Below, piece by piece: positions 13,325 through 26,503 of a DNA stretch of 64,000 bases (position 1 is the stretch's first letter; each line of letters begins with the position of its first letter). The notes below the pieces were generated by a model. The model worked only from the letters and a program-made list of their open reading frames with translations. It made no database searches and had not been told where the DNA came from. The position numbers were made by a program, and so were the translations under genes. This DNA is from Octopus vulgaris (Eukaryota), in contig OX597821.1 in assembly GCA_951406725.2 (NCBI GenBank), forward strand, positions 11,346,001-11,410,000, in the 5' to 3' direction.

Positions 13325-14552
13325 GTCTTAGGTCTTAGGTTCTCCTGCGTTTGTGTGACGCTCTGGCGGCAAGGCTTCTCCAACAAGGTTTCTATTTCAG
13401 CTTCATCTCATGAAAAGGTCATAGATGAACGTGCGGCGCCAAGTTTTCTCTTACCATGCGGTGGCTTCCACAGAATAACGGTTTTCGCATGCCGCGACGA
13501 TAGTAATCGGAGGATATGGCTTGCGAATCGCAAGCGATGCTCAACGACAACGTCATTGAGTGGACAGGTATCAGTTCGGCGAAGTATCTCATCGTTGGTG
13601 ATGGTGTCCTGGTATGATATTCGCAGTATCGGCCGGGGGCTTTGTAGCTGAAATACATTGAGCCTTCGCGCGATCTTAGCTTACGTCTTCCACGTTTCCG
13701 CCGCGTATATTACCGATGGTATGACGATGCTGTTGAAGAGGCGCACTTTGGTCTTGGTGGAGCTCGCCCTGCCTGCTCAGATGGGTTTGACTCTTTGGAA
13801 GACAACCGAGGCCTTCCCAATCTGGCAAGCAACGTCGCGTTCGGCGTCTCCATCGTTGGCCACGACGCTGCCCAAATAGGTGAACTCATCGACTTCTTCG
13901 ATTTGGTGTTATCTAGTAATCAAGGTGACGCCATTGTTATTCTCATTGACATATCCAATCCTCAAGCTCTCCGTCTTGTTTGCACTAATGCAGAGTCCGG
14001 TCTTGGCCGCCTCCCGTTCCAACCCCACACCACGGAATCCCAAATCCGCGTCGGCGCATCGCCCCTCGCATGACGAAGTCGATCGCCATAAGAAATAGGA
14101 GAGGGGATAGAATGCGCCCTTGCCGAACACCGGTCTCAATGGCAAAGTAATCGGTGTAACTCGTCTTCGTTCGAACACAGCACTTAGACTGGCAGTAAAG
14201 TCCCCGAAAGGCCTCGACTAAATGCTTGCACCACAACGAACTCCGGTGTACGTTGTCCAATGACTTGAGAAAATGAACAAAAATTATTGATTACCGTTGC
14301 TGATATTCCAGGCTTTGTTCGATAATGTTGCGCAACGTGAAGATTTGTTCATTGCACGACCGTCCGCATCGAAAATCGGCTTGTTCTTCCCGGAGTCTCT
14401 TATCCACTGCCCGTTGCAACCGTATTAAGAGGACGGTACAGAAGACTTTTCTGGGGACAGATGGAAGCGTAATCCCTTTCGAATTATTGCAATTTGGGAG
14501 CTTGTCGATTACCTCCAGTTGCCAATCCTCTGGGAGCCGGCCTATCATCCAG
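13325..14552 (-). mobile_element. RTE-clade LINE, internally deleted RT + 3' end
   Basis: KGITLPSVPRKVFCTVLL...LREEQADFRCGRSCNEQIFTLRNIIEQ, GVRQGRILSPLLFL, AAKTGLCISANKT. Short (CTAAGA)-type tail near 13325. Confidence 0.88.
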
Positions 14553-15754
14553 CTAAATATTTGTATATACAAGAGAAATTTGATTTTGTTTATCATGTAC
14601 CCAGAAAAGAAGTTAATGTCCAGGCCCTTTAAAAGGCCTCAAAACCTGTTGGGATATTGGGGGAAAATGTATTCTCAAACCGAATGTTTACAACGGAGTA
14701 AACTCCGCAAAAAGTACCTAAAATGTTAAGTAGTGGTGTTGAATTCCGCGCCGGGTGAAGTTTATTGCTCACGTAGATATCAACGGGGTTTGAAATCAGA
14801 ACTCAAAGAGTATGAAGAAATACCGTTATGCAGCTGATTCGATGTTCTAACAGCTCTGCCAATCTACCTGCTGTGATTTGTACTTTTTTCGATCCCAATC
14901 AGAAGAATAAAAAGAAAGATCAGCTTCGGTGCAATTTGGGTTGAAACCATACAAGAGTAGGAATAATAACGCAAGGAAAAACTATCCAACACTCTAGCGA
15001 CTAAACCAATTTGCCGCCTTTATGCATATAGATAATTTGATGTTTTTACCCTTCAGATATGTACTTGTGTTTTGTTTTTTTTTGTTTTTTTATGTTAAAT
15101 TATAGTTTGGATTTACTAAGTCGATACTAGGTGGGCCATAGATGATATGAAAAATATATTGTGGGCCAAGGCAGAAGAAATGGGTTCCACATCATAGCAC
15201 AAGGCTAGTGATTCATATAAAATTAATGCTATATATTTTGAGGTTAACTTCTGTTTTTTCAATAAAGGCTGCCTATCGAGCCGATGTCAGTGCAAACCTG
15301 ACTTGTTGATCTTTTAACACGCTCTATATATTCTTCGATTTTTCTTAATTTCCGTTGTGGTTTCTATCAATTATCGAAATTTCTTTCCACAGCCGTATAT
15401 GATTTCTTTTCTTGCGCCATTTATCTTCAACTATTCTTCGTTAAAATGTTTCTACGCACATTTATCTTATTCATTGTTCCTTCTAATACAGATTACCGAA
15501 ACTCGATTTGTAATCTCAGTGCTGTTATTAAATCAATATGGCAGCGTTTACTGGTAAAAATAAATAAATTAAACAGCATAAAAAACACTTTAGTTTCAGA
15601 ATTAAAGGTTCCTAATTCGAACCCAATTCGGATTTTATGAACATATCTAGGAATAAAATGCCTGAAAGGTATTGGAGATCAAACCTTTCGAAACCGCAGA
15701 GATGTAATATGAAAACACTTTTCATCTTTAGTTTTGGAATTAATTATCTGAATA

Positions 15755-15819
<65 letters not shown>

Positions 15820-15910
15820 CGTGTGTGTGTGTTTGAGAGAGAGAGAGGCGGGGCAAGTTTATGTGTATATGCACAATACATTTTTGGTGCAGAAAGATAC
15901 AATGGAGAAT

Positions 15911-17185
15911 GCAGAGGGTAAGTCAACAATTAAGCTCACTCTTGTTTTTGTAATTTATTGAAACAAAAGCAGGAGTTGAACAATTACATTATTCTTCGAC
16001 CTCATCTCTTGTGTTTTTTGATGCCCCTCTTCCAGCAGTCCACAAGTTTGCTTATCCCATCAGAGAAGAATGTCTTCGGCTTGTCGCTTCCTACACTTCT
16101 TCGTCTGTAGCAAACCAACTACCTCGTGAAAGATGTTGGAGCGGTTCAAAGAGGTGGTGGTCAGAAGGATCGAAATCTGGACTGCATACAGAATATTCCT
16201 TCACCTCGAAACCAAAGTTTTCAATTGTTTCAACGATGTGGACGGCCGCATGTGGGCACGTGTTGCCGTACAATATTAACACTTGGTTTGGCAAAAGACC
16301 TAGGCATTTGATACGAATCATTGTTTTCAATTTGTTGGCTTTCATATGTAAGCATATTTTTTTTAGGTACTGTTCCAGTTTAGGCCCTTTTGCGTCCCCC
16401 AAAACGATCAGTATCACTTTTTCTGTGGAAGGTTGAGACTTGAATTTATTTGTCGTGGGCGATTCTGGGTTTCGTTTTCACTCTACACTCTGCCTTTTGG
16501 ATTCTGACTGAAAGTGCCGGACTCAAGTCTTGTCTCTTGTGGCTATTGTCTCCAAAAACAGCTTTTCGTTTTTATTGTATTATCAGTTGAATCCATGGTG
16601 GCAGATCTCCACGCGATTGCGCTTATGAGTTTCGGTAAGCTCTCTTGGCACCCATCTCAAAGACTGTACGGAAGCGAAGCTTGTCTTGATTGAATGATCT
16701 CAGATGTAGGACCCTGACTAATTTACAGAGAACATGCCACCTCATCGATGGTCACTAGTCAGTTCACCAAAACCATCATACGAGCTTGTTTGATTCTTCA
16801 CATCAGTGGTGGAGATTTAAGGGTATCCTGACCCCTCTTCGTGCTTCACTCTTATCCGGCAATTTTTAAACTTTCCCTATCCAGTCATACATATTTCTAC
16901 ACAGTAGACCGCTGTCCCCGTATTGTCCTAAAAGCTTGGGATGAATTTCAGCCCCTAACACGAAAGAAGCACACCGCCAATGGTAGCAGCCATGTTTACT
17001 AAGTAATAGAAGAAAGAAAACTTGAGAGAGAAATTTCAAATCTCGGTTTGTTAACCATAAATGTACAACCTTTTGGCACGAGGGCGCTGAAGACAATGCG
17101 GCCTATCTGCAGGAAGTTTTGGTGAATTGCCGATAACTGTTGGCTTCCAATTGTATATTATATTGAGAAAAAATTGCGGAAAACG
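15911..17185 (-). mobile_element. Degenerate mariner transposon
   Basis: (HD)NTCPHAAVHIVETI...SPDFDPSDHHLFEPL...WFATDEEV mariner motifs and a TIR-like GAGGGTAAGTCAACAATTA near 15913. Many stops. Confidence 0.8.
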
Positions 17186-17644
17186 ACAAATGTATGTGTT
17201 TTAGTTATGTGTGTGTGTATATCTGTGTGCATGTATGTGTATGTATGTGTGTTAGCACGTGTGTGTTCGCGCGTGTGCGTTTAATAGAAAAGCAGAAAAA
17301 ACATAAATTCTCAGATAATTCACATTTTAATTAATAAATACTCAACAGCTGCTCCATTAACATACACATCAGTAAATCTATAATTACATAATGAGGATAC
17401 ATAATTTTAATTAAATTAATTCAAAAGCTATATTTACCCACATAATTAGAACTGTTCTGTTTATCAGAACACCGTTCTCAGACTAGATGCATCAAGATAG
17501 GAAGAAATAACAAAAAGAGGAAAATGGTAAAAGAAAGAATGAATATATGGACAAGTAAATATGCAAATAATATATGCATATATAAACATACATACAGCGA
17601 TGTATAACAATATCCGATATTCTGGATGATATAGTGATACATAT

Positions 17645-17685
<41 letters not shown>

Positions 17686-17933
17686 TATATATATATTCGT
17701 TGCTTTGTTCCAAGGAATATAATGCTCTTAGCTTATTTTTTCCTTGGGGCTGGCCAGATTGGAGCAATCTCGAATATAACTGAAATTGCAAAGATAATCT
17801 GGAACTCGCCTGAGGAACGAAAACTCCGAATGACCCGTCTTTGTTTTCCTTGTATCGTCTGTCTGGATATTTTGTTGTCCCATTTTTGTATCACCTAACT
17901 GCCTGGATGTTTTGCGTCTTGTCCCATTTTTGT

Positions 17934-18005
<72 letters not shown>

Positions 18006-18049
18006 GAAAGAATAAAGGAAATAATTTCGTATGTAAAACAACCATATAG

Positions 18050-18941
18050 CGCAAAGAAACGCAATGTGTACTCTTCCACGGTGTCCAGAGGTGTGAACAG
18101 GAACCTTGGCATTGCTAGCTATGTGTTCGACGACGCCGTTACCGCCTAACAGCCAAGGCCAAAGCAATAATACCCGAGAGATTCCCAAAGCTTCTGTCAT
18201 TCATCAAGCATCAAAGAGCAGGAAAAATGCCTTGTTTGTGAGCGAGAAGTTCACTGTGGACGCTGAGGTAAATCGCAGAAATTCTCGAGTGATTACATAC
18301 AACTCATCTAACATCCGAACCTGTGTTTGGGATTAAGAATCCTGCCTCTGTGATGGTATTTGGATCCGTAACGAGTGATGGAAGTGTCATGGATCCACAC
18401 TTCATTGAGTCTGGCTTGAAGATCGACAAAAAGAAGTATCTGGATATCCTGACGAACTCTTTGTTACCTTGGATGGAGCAGAAATTTAAGCTTGACAACG
18501 TGGTGCTTATCCAAGATTCTGCGCCATGCCATGCACCAAAAGTAACACAGGCCTTTCTTGGTGAGAAGGTGCCATTTCTTTGTGGGGGGCCAACCTCTGG
18601 CCCAGTAATATTCCAGATCTAAACCTTCTCGGTTACATTTTATGGAGGGTGCTTCGAGTGAGGACCAATACTTCACCACACTGAAGTGTCAACAGTTTGA
18701 AGACCAGTGTCGTGCGTGCGACACGCGAAATCAAAAGAGTAGGGGTTGCAGCAGCTGCAAAAAAAAATCATTAGGTGTGGAGGCAGTAATTGCCCAAAAG
18801 GGCGGCCACATTGATTGATGAAATGGTGTTGTTGTAATAAATGTTACGTTGAAATTATATTTGTCTGCTACCATTATTTTAGTATTTATAACCAGTTTTA
18901 TGCAACTTAAAAATTGTCTCAATTTATCTGCAAGAACTTGC
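18050..18941 (+). mobile_element. Tc1/mariner superfamily remnant, probably DD37D (maT)-like
   Basis: EKFTVDAEVNRRNSR, KNPASVMVFGSVTSDG, YLDIL...LLPW, IQDSAPCHAPKVTQAFL, and a 3' end resembling KGGHID*. Confidence 0.75.
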
Positions 18942-18965
18942 ATGTGTGTGTGAGTGTCTGTGTGC

Positions 18966-19019
<54 letters not shown>

Positions 19020-19088
19020 ATATATACGTACACACGCACACATACACACACATATATATATGTGTGTGTATATATGTATATATATAAA

Positions 19089-19301
19089 CTTTATTTAAAG
19101 CAGCAGAAAATTCAACAAAATCTGTTACTCTGAGTTTCCCGTTGCCGTTCATCGGACAGTTTTTGCCGATGAACGGCAACGGGAAAACTCAAAGTAACAG
19201 GTTTTGTTGAATTTTCTGCTGCATTAAATAAAGCATATTACTCTACCACTGGTATTCGAGTACTCTTTTTCCACCTTGTTTCACATTTATGTGTTTACTC
19301 C

Positions 19302-19303
<2 letters not shown>
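19089..19303. mobile_element. Fold-back mini-element with hammerhead-like core (Penelope-like terminal repeat with inverted copy)
   Basis: ~67-bp inverted arms (19089-19155 / 19166-19233). The minus arm reads ctgt-CCGATGA-acggcaacgg-GAAAC-tcaga-GTA-acag. Embedded in (TA)n. Confidence 0.6.
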
Positions 19304-19357
<54 letters not shown>

Positions 19358-19598
19358 TATATATATATATACGTATACACATGCATATATACATATATAT
19401 ACATACATACGTAAATATATTTATATATATACATATACATATACACATATATATATATATAAACATTACACGTATATATATATACATTTACATATATATA
19501 TACATATATATATATATTTATATATATACATATACATATATATATATATATAAAATATACATATATATATATATACATATATATATATAAATATACAT

Positions 19599-19649
<51 letters not shown>

Positions 19650-19650
<1 letters not shown>

Positions 19651-20046
19651 TAGCAGTATCGCCCGGCGTTGCTCGGGTTTGTAAGGGAAATAACTATATA
19701 AGCATTTTTAGAGATGTAAAGTATATTAGCCATCTCAATATGGCTAACCACAAAGGGTGGGGGGTTACTGTAGCTTTTTACGTTCTGAGATTTAATAATA
19801 AATTTTTAGAGAGTTACTTCCCTTATATATGCCAAAAATGCATTAAAAATGGGGAAAATTGATGTTAATTTTTTTTTTAAATCGTAGACTCATCGTAGAC
19901 GCGCGCTAATACCCAGAAGGGCTCGATATGAATCACGACTATAAGATACCCGGTTTTGGTTAAACTGCACCGCAAAATGTGGGAGTAGTTAGGAATCTAA
20001 ATCGTAGGAGACAGACAGCAAACAACCTCTCTTTTATATATAAAGA
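19650..20046 (-). mobile_element. Non-autonomous Helitron (long subfamily)
   Basis: 5' TC (TCTTTATATATAAAAG), subterminal hairpin CCCGAGCAACGCCGGG, 3' CTAG, inserted between A and T with no TSD. Confidence 0.85.
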
Positions 20047-20049
20047 TAT

Positions 20050-21145
20050 AGTTAATCCAAACATGAAAACACAAAGAGAAAACACAACAACGCGAGGACG
20101 TGGAACAAGTATAGTATTATTGGACGCTCAGGAAAGAAGGAAAGAAGGAGGGTTTAAAGTTTCGAGCGGAGCTCTTCGTCAGAAACATAGGAAAAGGAAA
20201 GATCCAACGAAGGGAAGACGGAGGAAAACATTCGCCAACGGTACACATGCGGTCACATTTTCAATGACCGGAAGGGAATGGGTGAAGAAAAAGTTCTTTC
20301 AAAGACAGGAGAGTGCAAGAGGAGGTATGTGTGTGTAAGTGTGGATATGTGCGTGCGCGCAGGTCTGCGTGTGCGTGTGTGTGTGTGTGTGTGTATGTGT
20401 GCGTGTGTGGTTGTGGCTGTTAATCTATGTGTGTGGTAGGACTTAGTATTGTTTAAGGTCAAGGAAGAATGAATTAGGAGTGGCTCTTGTGTCTATCTAA
20501 CCATGTGGAAGAATGGTCAGTGAACGGTACTGGTAGTTTGAAGTTAATGTGTGTGTGCGTGCGTGTATGTATATGTATTATGTGTGTGTTTTGTTTGTAG
20601 TGTGTGTGTGTATGTATGTGTGTGCTCGTGTGTGTTTGGGTAGAGTTTGTGTGTGGTGAATAACTGTGCTTTACTTTGTGTATGTGTGCGTGTGTGCTTG
20701 TATGTACGTATGTGTGTATACATGTATGTATAATTGTGTGCGTGTGTGCTGTGTGTATGGGATGTATGTGTGGGTTCATTTGTGTGTGTGTGTGTGTATG
20801 TGCGTGCGTGTCGTATATGCGTGTAGTTGTGTGTGCGTGTGTATGTGCGTGTGTATGCGTATGTGGGTGTATATACGTGTATCCGTGGGGTTGTGAATGT
20901 TAGGTGTGTGCATTCGCGTGTGTGTGCGTGCGTATGTGTGCGCATGTTTGTGTGTGTACATCCCCAAAAAGAACAACACAAACAAAAACAACAACGCCAG
21001 AACGTGGTACATGTAATGTACTGGCAAACGCTAAGGAAACGAAAGAAAGGTGGTTTAACGTTTCGAGCAGAAGCTTCGAAAACAGAGGGAAGGCCAATAG
21101 AAGGGAAGACAGAGGAACAAAATCGCCAACGATTCACATGTGGAT
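20050..21145 (-). mobile_element. Penelope-like/retrozyme-like unit with two diverged direct repeats, each with hammerhead remnants
   Basis: Repeats at ~20050-20255 and ~20960-21145. Minus strand 20186-20152 reads gttt-CTGACGA-a-GAGC-tcc-GCTC-GAAAC-ttt-aaac; the second copy keeps GCTC-GAAACGTT-AAAC. Confidence 0.6.
20152..20186 (-). ncRNA. Minimal type I hammerhead ribozyme motif (one stem III substitution)
   Basis: Stem I GTTT/AAAC, core CUGACGA, stem II GAGC/GCTC, GAAA. The family consensus ACGU palindromic stem III is inferred from the copy at ~21055. Confidence 0.6.
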
Positions 21146-21158
21146 ATATATATATATG

Positions 21159-21269
<111 letters not shown>

Positions 21270-21487
21270 TCTTTACTCTTTTACTTGTTTCAGTCATTTG
21301 ACTGCGGCCATGCTGGAGCACCGTCTTTAATCGAGCAACTCGACCCCGGGACTTATTCCTTTGTAAGCCCAGTACTTATTCTATCGGTCTCTTTTTGCCG
21401 GACCGCTATGTAACGGGGACGTAAACACACCAGCATCGGTTGTCAAGCAATGCTAGGGGGACAAGCACAGACACACAAACACACACA

Positions 21488-21577
<90 letters not shown>

Positions 21578-23689
21578 CATATATACGACGGGCTTCTTTC
21601 AGTTTCCATCTACCAAATCTACTCACAAGGCTTTGGTCGGCCCGAGGCTATAGTAGAAGACACTTGCCCAAGGTGCCACGCAGTGGGAGTGAACCCGGAA
21701 CCATGTGGTTGGTAAACAAGCTATTTACCACACAGCATATATATATATATATATGTACATACATAAAAGAATAAAAGTATAAATACACACATAAATATAT
21801 GTATATGAGCGCGCGCATGTGTACGCTTGTTTCTAAGCGACGGACTTCCACAGTTTCCATTAACTAATTTCACTTACAAAGCCATTAGTGGCCACGAAGG
21901 TATTATAGAAATCACTTGCCCAAGACACCCAAACAACATGGTTGCAAAGAGAAATTCTTCATCACACGCTCACAGATACAGAGGCGTTTAAACAGGTACA
22001 GAATATCAAATAATATATATATCAGGATTGATTTAACAAACGCATCAATGTTTCCATTCTCAAATTATATTTGAGATATTGGGGAGACTGTCCTACTCTA
22101 CGTGTATATAAATATACCCACAAACGTACATGTGTATACATAGAGGTTGACACACAAATACACAAACACATGAAGATAAATACAAACATACATACGCGTA
22201 AATATATATATACACTTGTATGTATGTATGTATGTATGTATGTATGTATGTATGTATGTATGTATGTATGTATGTATGTATGTATACTTGAATAGCAGGA
22301 GTGGGATGTTTAATTATTGCCCGCATAAAAGGAAGTACATCTTCTCGTACCTGCGCGTCCCAACATGACTGCAACTCCAGGACCCCTGCTTCGACCTTCC
22401 GTCAACGGCCTTCCACCAATGCCCCCGGGCCCGCCAAAAAGAGTTTGACCAAGGCACACACCAATGCACCCATGTACACACAAGCACACCCCTATAAGGA
22501 GGACACCCTACAAAATAGACTGTCTCCCACCACCCCCAACACTTAACCCTGCACACAAATAGTACCCTCACACTTATACAGATACCTCACACACACATTA
22601 CACACTCATTACACATCGCACGCTAACATAAAAAACCCTACGAATTTATCATTTACTGAAAAAATTCAGATCAACGAACACAGTTATATATATATCTACA
22701 CCCCCGGAAAAAATTGTGCATATGATACCACTACACATATCATACACCCCACTCCCCACAAGAGCTAAGTGTTCGGGTATGTATTTGAGAAAGGGATTTG
22801 GGAAATTCAGTAGTTAAAATGATGATGTGACTAAAGCGAAAGTAAAATGTGGAGAATAAAGTTGGCAGAATCGAGAGAAATGTGATGTTGGAGGATCAAT
22901 AATCTAAAGCACGATGAGGACGAAACAAGAATTAGAAGAAAAGGGAACCGATGTCTCAGGCAAGATTGTAGAGTAAGCTAGTGCTTTCTTAAAACGCACT
23001 CAGAAGGTAACGAAGAAAGTGGCTAGCAAAGAAAGTTGAACGTCCAGAATGCTACTAGAAATTTATTTTGTGTGCTGTACTCGGGAGAATCGGAGATCAT
23101 GGATTTTTACACTAAAATATGAAGATTTCTGATTAGGAAAATCAGAGGATGCGAAAGTGATTTTTCACTACTTTCTGCCTGTTTATTTAGAGTTAACTCT
23201 GCTATACTTCTGCTCTTCCAAGCTTACATTCGAGGCACAAAGCCTATTTAACACTTAAGAAGAAAACAAGCTGTCCATACATACACCTATGGCACTGTGT
23301 GATATATGTCTAGGAGCCAGGCCTACTCCAAGTATTGTATACCTAATCAACAGGGCCATCTTCTGTTATTTAACCCATAAATGGGTCTCTGGAGTGGTAC
23401 TGCCACCCCAGGCTAAATCGGACGTGGGGGTAGTAGTGACTAAGACGTAACTTCATAATCAGGACTTTTGAAGACTCGAGCAGGAACCTCATAACAAGAT
23501 GCAGAGAGATATCTTAATATCTTACTCAGAACACAGAGAATCTTGGTTTCAAATTTTGCCAAAATGATAAAAAGGAGTCATTGATACCTACTCCAGTGCT
23601 TAATTGGTACAATTATTCGTGAAGGAATTGTTTACTAGAGACTGTGTGAGAAATGACAAGTAATGATCGGAGATGCGATATCTGAGTGA

Positions 23690-24090
23690 GATATAGAGAA
23701 TACCAAACGAGTTCCCTATGGATACCGTATTTATTACAACGTATTTATTACCGTATTTATTAAACGTATCTAACTCGCTTTCGCTCGTTAGATACATTTA
23801 CAAGCCACGAGGTGTAATAAATACGGTATCCATAGGGAATGAGTTTGGTATTTTATTTATTACACACGAATAAACGACCATATTTTATTAACCCAATAAC
23901 TAAATTCTTCACGTTTAGTTGTAACATATGAATGACAAAAGTAGTGCCGTCACCGTGACCTCAGGTCATCACCTTGGATTGACCAATCAGAAGCAGCGCT
24001 GTCACTGTGACCTCGGGTCATCACCATGGATTGACAATCAGAAGCAGCGCTCGCAGTATCTGACATATGTTAGATACCAAGAATATCTCA
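23690..24090. mobile_element. Palindromic non-autonomous DNA element (Crypton-like, tentative)
   Basis: ~40-bp inverted repeats at 23699-23738 / 23813-23852 around an inner hairpin GTATCTAAC-TCGCTTTCGCTC-GTTAGATAC, followed by a ~52-bp tandem duplication containing TTGACCAATCAGA. Confidence 0.45.
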
Positions 24091-24750
24091 AAGTGTTCTC
24101 ACTCACATGTGTGTAATAAACGATGTGAACACAGGGAAGTGTGAAAAAAGAATGTAAAAAAGAAAGTAGAAGGAGTCAAGATGGAAATTGTGAGTAGAGA
24201 AAGGAAAAGGAGAAACAGTTGAGTGAGGGTTGGAAAAGATCTTGGGAAGCAAAGAGAACAACAGCAGAGTGGAGGCGCAATGACCCAGTGGTTAGGGCAG
24301 CGGACTCGCGGTCGTAAGAACACAGTTTCGATTACCAGACCGGGCATTTTAAGTGTTTATTGAGCAAAAACACCTAAGCTCCACGAGGCTCCGGCGGGGG
24401 TGTTGGTGATGGTGAACCCCCTTATACTCTTTCACCACAACTTTCTCTCACTCTTTCTTCCTACTTCTGTCACAAAACAGAGGAACCATGGTGTAACCCA
24501 GTATGCTGTGGTAAACTTTCAGACCCAAGTCTAGATTGCGAATCCTCAGTACCCCAGGATGATTCAGCTCTCCACCCGTTAAAAGCCACCGTTTACGGAA
24601 TGAGGATAACAACGTAGCTATCACGTCTGTGCAACCGCCAGTCTATCGATGTGGTAGGTGGATCTTCAAGTTCCCACAGGCATTCTTAGTAGCTTAGAGT
24701 AGGCTCGAATTAGAAATTATTCTCTGTGGCTAGTGGCGTGAGTCCAGACT

Positions 24751-24820
24751 GGAGGAGGAGGAGGAGGAAGAAGAAGAAGAAGAAGAAGAAGAAGAAGAAG
24801 AAGAAGAAGAAGAAGAAGAA

Positions 24821-24851
<31 letters not shown>

Positions 24852-24927
24852 GAGAAGAAGAAGAAGAAGAAGAAGAAGAAGAAGAAGAAGAAGAAGAAGA
24901 AGAAGAAGAAGAAGAAGAAGAAGAAGA
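24751..24927. repeat. (GGA)n(GAA)n microsatellite
   Basis: Directly visible. Source of the poly-K/L/S ORFs. Confidence 0.95.
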
Positions 24928-25964
24928 CAACAACAGCACAATATTTAGAGTTAGATGGAACAAAAATAAGCGTAACAAATAAAAATTTTGTTATAATAAC
25001 TGGTGCTGCTGGCCATTCTTAATGGACATTGTTAATAATGTCCCCGTTTCTTTCCTTACTTAAATTCCTATTTCCTTCTCTTTGTTTCCTTGCTGAAGTA
25101 TTGTTGAGCTTTCTGTGGTTGGTTTTTGATTTCACATATAGTTTTTTTCTAAAGGAAAAGATAATTTTTTTTCGGATAATTTAACTTTTTACACTTTCCA
25201 CTTTCTTTTTTTTTCTTTTTCTTTTAATCTTAGTCTTCATTAGGACTAACCAAATATTCGCTTGTAGTGTCACCAATATTCAAAAAGAGCGACCTTAATA
25301 AGCACACATACACACAGTTTACAGATGAAGAAACGTATAAGTACACTGGAGTAAACGCAGTCCAACATACAGCTCCATAAACTCACCGGCAGCATTTACA
25401 CGAAATAAAGATGCGAGAACAATCTAAATAATAGTTCTGCACCTTCGTATACTTGCACAAAGGTGAAGAACAGTAATTTGGGAAAATAATGGGACTTAAC
25501 TCCGCAGAAATTTATTTAAATTATTTCCCCTAAAGAAAGAATATTGCATTTATTTGACAAAATTGATCAATTTTTACCTCATTTCAAAAATTACAAAAAA
25601 AAACATAATAATAATAATAATCCTGTTACGTACCGTTTCTTCAATAACTCGATTATGGCATTTTACCGTTATGCCTGAATTTTATTCTTGTGTTTATTCT
25701 ATTATTATTAATTTCCATACTAAAAAAAAGGACATAAAAAGACAAAACAGCATAATAGATGTAATTTTGGAAAATGAGCATCTGGCAAATTTTAGACTAC
25801 TTTAGCTACACAGAGACGTGCACGCATCACTGTAGCTTCAGTCATCTGCAAGCAGTGAAGAAGGAAAGATGTGCTTTACGAGGCTACTTTACTTAGAATA
25901 AAACATATCTTTTATATTTCTATTTCAATTATATCCTCGGGCTTTTTTACGTATATATATACTA

Positions 25965-26350
25965 CTAGCAGTATCGTCCGGCGTTGCTCTGGTTTGTAAG
26001 GGAAATAACTATATAGGCATTTTTAGAGATGTAAAGTATAATAGCCATCTCAATATGGCTAACCACAAAAGGGGGGGGTGTTACTGTAGCTTTTTACGTT
26101 CTGAGATTTAATAATAAATTTTTAGAGAGTTACTTCCCTTATATAATAGCAAAAAAATGGGAAAAGTTGATGGTAATTTTTTTTTTAATCGTAGGCTCAT
26201 CGTAGACGCGCGCTAATACCCAGAAGGGCTCGATATGAATCACGACTATAAGATACCCGCTTTTGGTTACACTGCACCGCAAAATGTGGGAGTAGTTAGG
26301 AATCTAAATCGTAGGAGACAGACACACAACTTCACTTTTATATATAAAGA
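25965..26350 (-). mobile_element. Non-autonomous Helitron (long subfamily)
   Basis: Near-identical to 19650-20046, with TC...CTAG termini and an A|T target. Confidence 0.85.
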
Positions 26351-26503
26351 TATACTTTGCTTTATTGTATCATATGCTGCATTCCAATGCTTCTTTAAGG
26401 ATATTATGTATACTGTATATTCAAATGTATGCTGTAGAAAAATATCCCCTTCCCTTTTACTTATAGACCTCTTCATCAATTGAAGCTAGTATGTTTCCTA
26501 TAA

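Noticed and set aside
22290-22560. GC-richer block with overlapping 80-90-aa ORFs
   Set aside because: No recognisable motif or splice structure; probably an old retroelement remnant that I cannot classify.
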